Assembly (NCBI RefSeq): GCF_006345805.1
Contig: NC_043006.1
Coordinates: 71,672,001-71,736,000 of the forward strand
DNA length: 64,000 bases
From: Octopus sinensis
Taxonomy: Eukaryota
Direction: 5' to 3'
Under the pieces are notes generated by a model. It was not told the DNA's origin. It made no database searches and saw only the letters and a program-made list of their open reading frames with translations. Positions 1 to 12,000 of the stretch are shown piece after piece. The position numbers and the translations under genes are program-made. The stretch's first letter is position 1; each line of letters begins with the position of its first letter.

Positions 1-818
1 GGAAGAAACGGGTGAGGGTTGGTGACAGGAAGAGCATCTGACCTCAGAGATCCTGCATTGACAGCTTAGAAAAGATGATATTGATTCTTTTGAGGTGGGT
101 TTCACAGTGTCTAGACACTGTTTGCCAGTTCAACATGATTGAATTCCAGTTGACTTCATCTTCGAGGTTAAGGACGTACTTTAGTCACAGAATGATAACT
201 GTGATTAACAAATTGGTGCATTCTCGAAGGGGAGATAATCCATGACCCTGATGAGACCTGCACTAGTTAGTTTTGAATGTGAGTTTGGAAGTGTGAGAGA
301 TATCATATGTAATCCATGGCACATCATAGACATATATAGGCAACATACAATAATAACATGGTTGATTTACATCAACTTTTTACACTGGGACAAGTCATTG
401 CAGCTCTCCTGGATGGGTTAGATCATATCTTGTAAGTTTCGTTTTTGACAAGTTTTTGTTTTAGAAGGGCATCTTTATGCCTAGATGCCCTTCTAAAACA
501 AAAACTTTACAAAGTGTACCGGGTGCATTTTCTCATATTACCAGCACTAGAGAGGAAAGAAGCAAGAGTGGATAATGGCAAGGGGTGAGTGTAACTTTCT
601 TTCACACAGCAACTTGTGCCCATTTAATATTTCAATATAATGAAATAAGGCAAAATAGATTTTTAAATATTATTAATCAGGAATGGAGTTTGAACTGTTG
701 ATCTGGGTCAAATGCTTGCAAGCAACTAAAGGCAACCACTAATCTGTGTTCAGTAATTTGGGATTAACCCAAAAGAGGTTTCAGCTTTCTTAGTTGAGGG
801 TCAGTATTTCTTTTAGCC

Positions 819-1368
819 ATTGGGTTGTCCGGAAAGTTCGTACTGATTTTTAGTAGCTTACCTTTCAACTTAGAACATGGTTGAGTCCATAAAATATGAT
901 TTGACTTCACCTCCATTTAGAGCACAGTTTAAGCTATCTTTACATGGAAGAAGGTTTATGTTCCTATAACCTGTTTTAATTCTGTAACCCTTTAAAATGG
1001 AAGATAAGAAAGTTCATTTTCGGCACTTGATGCTTTGGGAACCAGACAAAAATTGCTGCAGCTCAGCTGGCATGTGTTATCCCACCCTCCATATTCACCA
1101 GATATTGCTCCTTCAGATTTCCACTTATTCGGGTCTCTTAATGGTAAAAATCTCAATTCCTTGGATGACGTAAAAAGATACCTTGATGAATTCTTTGCCA
1201 TGAAACCACCTCAATTCTGGGGAGAGGGTATGTTCAAGTCAAAGGAAAGATGGAGATTATTGTGCAACAAAATGGCTCATATTTGGTTGATTAAAAATGT
1301 AATGGCAAGTATTTATTGACCTTTTCTTTTCCTTTAAAAATCGGCACAAACTTTCCGGACAACCCAAT
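819..1368 (+). mobile_element. Mariner-family non-autonomous deletion derivative
   Basis: TIRs ATTGGGTTGTCCGGAAAGTT / AACTTTCCGGACAACCCAAT(A); transposase remnant HPPYSPDIAPSDFHLF. Confidence 0.9.
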
Positions 1369-1470
1369 ACTTTTTGAGAGGCAATAAAACAAAAATAGAA
1401 GTCAATTCCATCAAATACTGAAACAGTCCTATAAAAAACAATAAAAAATAAATTCAAACTCATTCCTCAC

Positions 1471-1538
1471 CTTATCATCTTCAACCACACAGGTAATCTG
1501 TAGTTTTTTAATGCCATAGCCAACTGGAACAAATTTAG
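1471..1538 (-). CDS. EEF1B2: EF1-beta coding exon 5 (68 nt)
   Basis: [23 protein letters not shown]; ttccag acceptor, GTGAGG donor. Confidence 0.95.
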
Positions 1539-1672
1539 CTGGAAGCAAAAAAAAAAACATGAGCATGAAAGCATGGAAAGCGGACGTTAAACGATGATGA
1601 TGTTTGAAATCTAACATACACAATCTCCATAATTCCCTTCAAAATGTGGTACTATTCAGTGTATATATATAT

Positions 1673-1710
<38 letters not shown>

Positions 1711-2829
1711 CAATACTATATAGCAGGGTACTATTATTTGTAACAAGGATAAAATGATCGTTGCTAGGGCCATGGAGTGAGTGGCTCCCATGCCAGTGAC
1801 ACGTGAAAACACCATTCAAGCATGATCGTTGCCTTACCGGCACATGAAAACAACATTCAAGCGTGGTCGTTGCCAGTGCAGGTATCATGTAAAAACATTT
1901 CTTGAGCGTGGTCATTGCCAGAACCGCCTGACTGGCCCTCATGCCGGTGGTACGTAAAAAGCACCCACTACACTCTCGGAGTGGATGGCATTAGGAAGGG
2001 CATCCAGCTGTAGAAACTTTGCCAGATCAGATTGGCACCTGGTGCAGCCTCTGGCTCACCAGTCCTCAGTCAAACAACAATGAACGATATGGTGTCATTC
2101 ATTATCTGGGTAACCATACCGATATTTTACAGTAAGTACAGAACTGTTAATTACATGGGTACAAACAGTGATATTCCAATATAAAGTGTGATATTTAGTG
2201 TAGATATACACAGTAATATCCTACAATATATATATCATCATCATCATCATCATTTAACGTCCGTTTTCCGTGCTAGCACGGGTTGGACGGTTTTGACCGG
2301 GGTCTAGGGAGCCAGGGGCTGCCCCAGGCTCCAGTCTGGTCTGGCAGTGTTTCTACAGCTGGATGCCCTTCCTAACGCCAACCACTCCGCGAGTGTAGTG
2401 GGTGCTTTTTACGTGCCACCTGCACAGGTGCCAGAGGGGTCTGGCATCGGCCACGGTCAGTTGGTGCTTTTTATGTGCCACCTGCACAGAAGCCAGTCGG
2501 GGCGGTGCTGGCACCGGCCACGTTCGGATGGTGCTTTTTATGTGGGGGGAGGGTGCAGAAATATAGGGGAGCACCAGTGGGGAGGGTGTGTTCGAGAAAC
2601 GATGACAGGTTCTAGACAAGTAGAACGTAGGATATCACGAGAGGGGTAATGCATGGTGAAATAGCATATTGAAGAGGGGGGTTCGAAGAGTAGACCCTAT
2701 AATGGTGGTGGGAGAAGCGACATCCGGTATAGATGGAGCAAAATATAGAGATACCGGTATTGGTGGTGGGGGTGGGCAAGGGCGGGTGCACCGGAATATG
2801 CGAAGGTTGAACTTGACGGGCTATATATA

Positions 2830-2861
<32 letters not shown>

Positions 2862-5800
2862 CATACATACATACATATTGTATGATATTACTGTAGAGCT
2901 ATTCAGTGATATCCAATGTTATGCACAGCACCATGCATTGTCTATTTATGGAATCACTCAAAAAAAAAAAAAAAAAAAGAGAGAGAGAAAAACATCATGC
3001 TATAAGCTCTTTATATGTAAAGGCTGTCCCCAATGAGACTCACCAAACCTTAAATATCTACATATTCCAGTAGATTGCACACTGCAAACCCCCATCCTGT
3101 AACAATACAGAGGAAGCTACTTACAAGCACCCCACAGTAGACCATCACAGCTAACACTTCGCACACATTCTTCTAACTTGGACATGTCAGTCTCATCGTC
3201 CCATGGCTTTACATCCAAAATAAGGTTACTCTTGGCAATAATAGCAGGCTCTGAGTGAGAGAAAGAAAACATGAATTAGCAAAATACAGTGCAGATCAAA
3301 AACTGGAGGTCAGGACACACAACATATTGAAGTCACTAACATACATATACTATACAAAAAAAATCCCATAACTATTACTTTGTTATCAGGGTAACAAGTA
3401 GCAAGACTTTATAACAGCCTTCCATCCTCCAGGAAATTCATTTTGGTCAACTCATCCAAGTAAGAGACATAATTAAAGTGAAAATGGCAAGACTAAATAT
3501 TAAAACTGGACTTCACGATCAGCATAATATCTGCTCCTTCTACTCCACTTATTGACACAAAAACAATTTTCACATCCTTCCTTCATCTTGTCCATTCACC
3601 ACCCCCACCTATCCACCATGGTTTGGATCACTCAGAGTTCTTTGCTATATGGTACATATATATTCAACAACAGAAAATTCAGTCAAATGGCTTATGGAAT
3701 TGAATTGCATTTCTACCAACGTCTTTACAGCATGGACAGAGTTCCACATTTTATTAGGCTTCGGGCAATAAAGAAATTGTTTTGCAATGGAAGTAAAGAA
3801 TTTTTCCACAATGTATTGGTTCTTGTAAAGTTTTTAATCTCCTTAAATGGTTTGCAAAGTTCATGTCCTTTCTGTTACATTATTTTATCTTTTCCAACCA
3901 TAACTACTACACAAAAGAAAAATACATTTTAGTTGAACAGGTGCAAAATTAGCAGATAGTTTATGATATCCCTTTACAAAATAAAAGCATCTTTAATTTT
4001 TTACTTGTTTGTGACACTGGATTGCAGTCATGCTGGGGCACAGCTTTGAAGGGCTTGAGGCAAAGTAACCTCAGTACATATTTTTAAGCTTGGTACCCAT
4101 TCTTTCAGTCTCTTACGCTAAACTACTAAACAGGGACATAAACAAACCAACACCAATCGTTAAGCAGGGAGTGGGGGGTGAACGAACACAAAGACACACA
4201 TATACACACACAACATGCTTCTTTTAGTTTCCATCTACCAACTCCACTCACAAGGCTTTGGTTGTCCTAGGCTTATAGAAGACACACATTCAAGATGCCA
4301 CACACTGGAACTGAACCCAGAACATGATAGGGGAGCAAACTTCTTGCCACAGTCATGTCTGCCCCATATTTATTTTTAAAATGTAAAATATATATAAAGT
4401 ATATACAGGAGGCTTCTTTCTATCACATATTTCACATGTATGTGCACCATATCATTATCATACTTTTAGCATCTGCATTTCCATGCCTGCATAGGTCAGA
4501 TGGAATTTGCAGAGGCAGACACACACACACAGGTGTGGCTATGTGGTAAGAAGCTTGCTTCCCAACTACATGGCTTCAGGTTCAGTTCCACTACACAGAA
4601 CCTTGGGCAAGTGTCTTCTATCGGCCTGAGGCAACCAAAGCCTAGTGAGTGGATTTGGTAGTCAGAAATTAAATGAATTTTAGCGCTCACACACGTTTGC
4701 ATTAACAATCTAGTAGCCCAACTCAGTCAATGTTGTTGACTTAAAGCTACAGTTTTTTTCCTCCATGGTAACTGCCACAAACATATTTTAAGTAACCTAA
4801 ATTTGCTTATGCCTAAGCACTGCTTGGTGCTCATACTGCTGAGCACGTGCACGCACACACACAAACAGTGTCTTTCATGTTCAATATATGAAAGCATGTC
4901 TGGTCAGAGGAAATATTACCTTACTTCAAAACCCGTGTGAATTGGTAACAGGAAGGGCATTAGGTCATAGGAAATTTGCTTCCAAAAACCCCATCTGACC
5001 CATGCAAGCATGGAAAAATGCACATTAAAACGATGATGCATGTATAAACCAAAATTATGCAGATATTTTGAGATTTATTTTATAATCAAGAATTTGGCAT
5101 ATTTTTAATTAGTCATTAGGGAAACAGTTGTAAATCCTAAAATAATAGAGAATATCAAAATTAGGAAAACGAAACAATTAGAAGACTATAACCTGAGGAC
5201 AGCATCACGTTAATTTATGAGGCAGAAAAATAATCAACTCACTTTTGCTCTTCTTTAAATTATATTCTTCAATTCGCTTCTGGTGTTCCTTTTTCCTTTC
5301 CTCGTCCTCCTCATCATCATCAGAACCAAAGAGATCAATGTCATCATCATCATTATCACTGTCATCAGCTGGTTTAGACTTTGTAGCAGTTGTTCCAGTG
5401 CCATAGGAGTCTAGACTCTTCTTGACTCCAGGGAATCTGACAATGAATATCAAACATCCACAAATAACAACAGTATCTTTTGCCAGACATCACAATGGAA
5501 TGGTCAGCTCAACAGTATGGCATATCCAATCACTAAGGATCAACATTTCAATACCTATCAATGAGTTCAGTGATTTGGGACCTTCCCCACCACTACCACC
5601 ACTGCTATAATAAAGGTATTCAGGTGTAAAAATCAAACCAAATCAATACTTTGATCTAAATGATAAGGAAGTATTTCTAACAGTCACAGTAAACAATCTT
5701 TACAACACTGAAACCATTCTCAGAATTATATTTAAGAATACCTTTTTTCGATAGAATTTGAAGGATGTTGGTGGAAATTTTAACAGGCCAAAAGAGTGTC

Positions 5801-6409
5801 TGAATTCACTGCAAGTTTTACCATCTTGAGTCCACCTTGACCAGCTCTGCCATGGCTAAATCAACAGATGTATAGGAATAAAAATAACAGTAGAGAGAGT
5901 ACATGTCCAGACTGGCACACTGCACCTCATGTGGTTAATTATCTGGTGTACAAAAATAATTGCAACCAGTTCAAACTTTTAAACTACATCACTTCTGACC
6001 TTGGCACAGGATAAAGAGCAGTTTTTTTTAACCCCAGATAGGAAACATACCCTAAATAGTTACAACAGAGTGAACTCATCTCTGGTTTGTCTAAGAAGGC
6101 AGCAACTTTAAATAATAACAGACTCAGACTGTGACAATCCATCTAACCCATAACAGCTTGGAAAGTAGATGTAAAATCATGATGATGATGGAATTTGGTA
6201 AAACAAAATAAGAGACTGCAGATAATAAAATGATACTGGAAGGAGTATTAGACATCAGTAGGTCCAGTTTGCAACCGAGAAGTGTTATAGGCCTATCTCA
6301 AGGCTTAAAACATATTTATCATTTGTGATGGGAATACACTATTCAGGAACTGCTATGCCATCTTCTGAAATCTATGATTAGTTTCTTTTGTTTAAGATTG
6401 GTAATGTTT

Positions 6410-6440
<31 letters not shown>

Positions 6441-9067
6441 TACAGCCACTCATATATTAATTGATATTGATTATAATGTAATCTTGCAGCCTGTTGCATC
6501 ATGTGCCATGCCCGTTATGAAAGGAATGAAGGTGAAAACAAACTCTCCCGTTGCCAAAAAGGCTCGGTAAGTTTTTACTTGGATTTCTTAAAACTTATTC
6601 ACTACCATAACTGGTTAAGGCAGTTGAAACCTCTCACTTGCAATAACATCTCATCTTTTACAAGACACTCTGTCTTCTCAAACACAGAGACTCAGTTTTC
6701 AGTAATATGACTTAGTAACAACAACAATAATAATAATAAGAGCACTCAGAGAGCGCAAACCTTTGCCAAGGCAACACCAACATCCTCTCAATGATTAGCC
6801 TGAGATGATTTCTAAATTGAGAATATCTGAAATAAACTAGTCTGCTCTCACAAACAAGAACATTAAAAAATAAACCTGACCACTCTCAAAAATTAAGTTA
6901 AAAAAAATGGAAAAATAATCCAGAATCCTTGTCCGGTACCTGATCGATCCCAATGGTAATCATGGAATGTAAAGGTGGCTGTAGTTTATTCTTATCGAAT
7001 ACAAGCCAAAGTTAGAAAATTCACCATGCAAAATAGTTACAGCCTAAAGGGAGATAATTGAGAAAGACTTGACAGTTAACATAAGATTGTAATCATGTAA
7101 AGTAAATATAACAAATAATCCAGAATCCTTGTCCAGTACTGAATTGATCCAAAAATCTAATCAGTTTGTACCATCCATGAGGCCAAACATCCCTGAAAGT
7201 TTCATCTGAATCCATTCAGTGGTTCTTGAGATATCTTGTCCAGGGACGAACAAGTACAACTGAAAACAATACCTCTGCTTTTCTAAGGCAGAGGTAATAA
7301 TCCTTTCTACTATAGGCACAAAGGCCAAAACTTTAGGAGAGGGGGCCCAGTTGATTACTTTGACCCTATGCCCCCAGTGCTCAACTAGTTCTTATTTTAT
7401 TGATCCTAAAAAGATGAAAAGCAAGGTCAAGCTTGGCGGAACTCAGAACATAAAGTGGAAGAAATGCTGCTAAGCATTTTATCTGAAACACAAACAATTC
7501 TGTCAATAATAACATTTTTTTTTTTTTTTTTGATTCAGAACAAAAAAACAAGGAAAATAGGTCTTACTTTGCAACTTGTGTCTTGAAAGATTTAATGTGC
7601 TCAAACCAGCGTTTGGCATGACAGTAATTTGCAGAGGGCGAAGTAGTAAGTCCACCAAAGACAACACTGTCGGCTTGAGATGGTTCATAGCTGGAACATA
7701 CCAAAACAGAAAGAAAAAAAAAAAAAAGGATTTACAATGAATTCAAAAGCATCACCCATCCATTTTCTCCCTCTATTCCTGGGTTACAGTCTTCAGGTAT
7801 CTCCTCTATAGGGGTCCTATCAGAACTATCACTATGCTTCCCTAGTCAAGATTATCTGTGTATTCAGTAGATTATCTGTTCAGTTCTATACTTAAGAGAT
7901 GAGACATTTATATTTGACGGATATTTATAAGCCCTAAAATTCACTCCATAACTGCCCACGGGCATATGTTGTAGTGGTTAAGAGCATGGGCTACTAACCC
8001 TACGATTCTGGGTTTGATTCCAGGCAGTGACCTGAAGAATAATAATAAATAATAATATCGAAAAATACCTTAGGAATGAGAACCCAGGTTCGAAATTTCC
8101 CCAAGACACCTGATGAAGGCTGGAGGGTATTATCAGCCGAAACGTTGTGTTAACAATAAGATGAGGACAAACATTCATCAAATGTAAATAATTTATATTA
8201 TCTGTTACCCAAGGTAATTTAATCTACATTCCAATCAATGTAAACGATGATGATGTACTGAATAGTACACACAAAAATTTCTCAATGTTTCATGTCCACT
8301 TTCCATTTTAGCAGGGACTGAATAGATTGCTATAAATTCTTTTGTTTCAGTTACTGGACTGCAACAATCATACTGGGGCATTTAAGAGTTTACCAAATTA
8401 AATTGACAAGTACCTCTGTTAAATCAGGTACTTATTCTATTAGTTTCTTTTTGCCAAACTGCTAAGTTATACGGATGCACACAAACCAACAGCTATTGTC
8501 AAGTGGCTGAAGTGCAACAACGACACACAAAAACACACTTCTCAAGTTTCCGTCCAGCAATTTCCCTCACAAGGCATTGGTTGGCCTGAGGCAATAGAAG
8601 GCATGGCCATGATGCAATGAAATGAGATATAACTGAAGACTTCGTGGTAACAAAGTGAATTCCATATACACAGTCACATACACACGCACTTTTGCATGAA
8701 TATGTAATGCTGGATAAACTTGTGTTCTGATTGATACAAGAATGTAGTAATATTTCAACTGTACATGTAACATGCAAAAACCACAATATTCAATGTTTAA
8801 AAAAATATTCTAAATGTATGAAGAAAACTGAAAAAGCAACAAATATTTGCACCATTCAGGCAACAAACCTCCAACAGAGGATTGTTTTGGGTAGTCATTG
8901 CTGGTGTGGGTTTTACAAGGTCAGAGTGCAAATACTACCACAATAATAATGATAAAAATATAATTAAAAATAAAAAACAAATGTTTGAGAAGGAACGAAG
9001 GAGACAACCATTCGCTTCAGGCTGCTTCTCAGAAGTTCTCAAGTTAATTTAGGAAGTTGATGGGTTG

Positions 9068-9098
<31 letters not shown>

Positions 9099-12000
9099 CA
9101 GCCATAGAAAGAACCTATGTTGTCTTTTGAAACTTCCATGATATTTCAATACATCACATGTCAGTCCTAATAAACTACAAATTGTCTTTAATAAAAGCTT
9201 ATGGTTATAGAAGACAAGACTGGAATAAAACATGATTCGTGATAGTTACCACACAATGCAATGAATCTACTACTAACAGCCACTCCACACAACATGTATT
9301 GACAGCCAATCCAAGATGCAATATTGACAGCCACACTACACAAGCACGGACAGCCACCACACAAACATGTAATGAAAGCTACACTGCAATCTATGCATGA
9401 CTCAACTATCACACAGCACACCCAAACTCTAGTGTATCCCAGATGGTGATCACAGGAATTACTGCCAAATGTTTGGCCAGCTGACTCTAAAGTCCTATTC
9501 AGAGTAGAGAGATTTTCCAAATTGTACAGGAATACAACAATATTTAAAACCCGACAAGTTTTTTTTTTTTAATGTTCTAAAACAAATAACTTAAGAAAGC
9601 TTAAAACCAACAAATGTTTGAGATTTAATGTAGAAAACAACCACTGAAAACAATGAGGTACACGCATCAATTTAGGAAATTGAAATTAAAAATGATAGGG
9701 TTAGAAAGGATCTATGCTATCTTTTGGAACTTCCATAATCTTTTAACCCTAATGCACTTAATCCAGTCATATCTGGCTCAAATGTTCTGTTTTAAGTTCA
9801 AATTGGTCAGAGTCAGCTTCTCACACCTAACTCTCCAATGTTATTCATGTAACACATGTTAGTCCCAATTAAGCAGAGACAGTTCTTTATAACAACTTAA
9901 ACACCAGAATGTGGTACAAGCCTTAGTAGTATTTTTAATATAAAAGTAGTAGTAGACATGTGCTGTAACTATGCATCATGACTCCATCATTTGTTGGATT
10001 TTCTATTTCTGCCAAATGACACCTTTGTACCACTCAGGCGACAAACCTCCAACACATAGGGCTGTTTTAGATAGTCGTTGCTAGTGTGGGTTTTACAAGG
10101 TCAGAGTGATAATGATAATGATGAAAATAATAAAAACTATAATTTTAATACACCATAAAAGAAGAAGCTTGAGTGATCACTTTATTATAAAGAACAGCCA
10201 TTCCTAACTTCAGTCCTAAAATGAAAAAAAAAGGACACTAGATAAGGTAATTCATGGATCTGGCTGAAAGCTGGGAGTTGAACACAATCATTACCTCTCA
10301 CATATACTGTAGCTCTAAATCAAAGTAATGATGAATTTTACTGATTGGTATCCAGGTTCCACTAAATAACATTTCAGAAAGTAAAAACAAACATCTTTAT
10401 CATCTATTGAACACAGCTATATCCAAATTTATCACCACAGAATATCCTCCACAGTTCCATTTGCACTCATACACACATATGTACACAGCCATTCAAGTAA
10501 ACCTACTTCACAGCTACACTACATAAACACTACTGCATCAGTCACACATACGTGGTGAACTACTTAACCATAAGATTGTACCATTGCTAAGTATTACGAT
10601 GTAAAAAAAAGAAAAAGTAGAAACTATATATAATAATCTTTCCTACTGAAGCTGGAGCAGGGTGGGGTAAGTCAATTGTAGAGCTGAAAAAGAGGTAATT
10701 TCTACTCTTCTCCTCTGGAAGCCATCTACTCGCAATACCAGAGGGCGCACACTCTCCTACCCTGATTTAATCTCCAGGGATACAGGCATCCAGCAACAGG
10801 ACCTCCGTAATGCCATGATGGACCGTTAAGTCTGGCGTAGCATGGTAAATTCCACTGTCTCGACCACGGTCGAACAATGATGATGAAGTCATTTACTTTG
10901 GCCCCACCCCCTGCCCTTAGTGCTCAACTACTAATTCTATTAACCATGAAAAGACGGAAGGAAAAGTCAACCTCAGCAGAATTTGAACCCAGAACAAAAA
11001 AAAAAATGTTAACAGCATTTCTTCCAGTCTTTAGGTATTGAAAACTACCACACATTATGAAAGCCACATAGCATACAGCAAAATGACCTGACTCTAGCAT
11101 ATACAAAGAAGTGGTCACAAGAATTATTGCCAAACATCTAACCAGCTGCTTTTGAGTCTTTTGTAGGAACATTTCCCAAATTGTACAGTAACACAATGTT
11201 TAAAACATTATTTTTTTTTAAATGTCTTAAAACAAATATCTTAAGAAAGCTTAAAAATCAACAAATGTTTGAGATTTAATGTAGAAGACAACCACTGAAA
11301 ACAGATTGCTCCCACGAGGTTCACACATTGATTTCGGAAGTTGAAATTAAAAAAGATAGACGTGGAAAAGATCTAGCTTTCTTTCGGAACTTCCATAATC
11401 TTTGAATCTAACAAATTAGTCCTAATTAATTACAGACTATTCTATATAAAAGCCTAAACACAAGAATATAGTACAAACCCCAGTTAGTAATGATTAATTT
11501 TATTGATTGTATCCAGGTTCTACTAAATGGCATTTCAGAAAGTTAGTAAAAATAGCCATTTATTTACTTAACACAATTATATCCAACTTTATTTCAACAG
11601 ATCATCTCCAGTTCAACTTGCAGTTTGGGCACCATATAAACACTGGTGCGTCATTTACACACAAGTATATTATATATATATATATGTGTGTGTGTCTATC
11701 TTTTAGAGTTAGCCCAAAAGACAAAGTTCATTGCAGCAGACATGCCATATTTGTCGTAAGAGAAGTAAGTTTTGTACTGGTCTAAAAAGGCATTTAAATA
11801 TCCACAAATGAGACAAATTTGGACAACTTGCATTACAATTACAATTAAGAGTCGACCCGGTGCGCGCACTCGCATTAGTTAGTCATGACTAGTCGATCCA
11901 TACTTCGTGTTCTATTTACTTTGTTTAAAAAAATTATTTATTTTGTGTTTTATTTACTTGGCTAGGTAGTAGTTGTAGGATCGACTAGTCACGACTAGCT

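Noticed and set aside
1-1470. Final EF1-beta exon (VGTD...AAFNKI-like)
   Set aside because: No matching frame found; it probably lies left of the window
3372-3460. C/D snoRNA-like pattern on minus (UGGAUGA...CUGA)
   Set aside because: Imperfect C box, stem not adjacent to the D box, only an 8-nt rRNA match
5490-5585. Hairpin near the exon 3 acceptor as snoRNA or miRNA
   Set aside because: No correctly placed H/ACA or C/D boxes; upper stem weak
6490-6566. Duplicated exon as a mutually exclusive NDUFS1 exon
   Set aside because: It lies upstream of the NDUFS1 start and promoter, so it cannot be cis-spliced in order
7960-8035. tRNA gene (also SINE heads at 18399, 33895, 57619)
   Set aside because: No complete acceptor stem, decayed B box, continues into a repeat body
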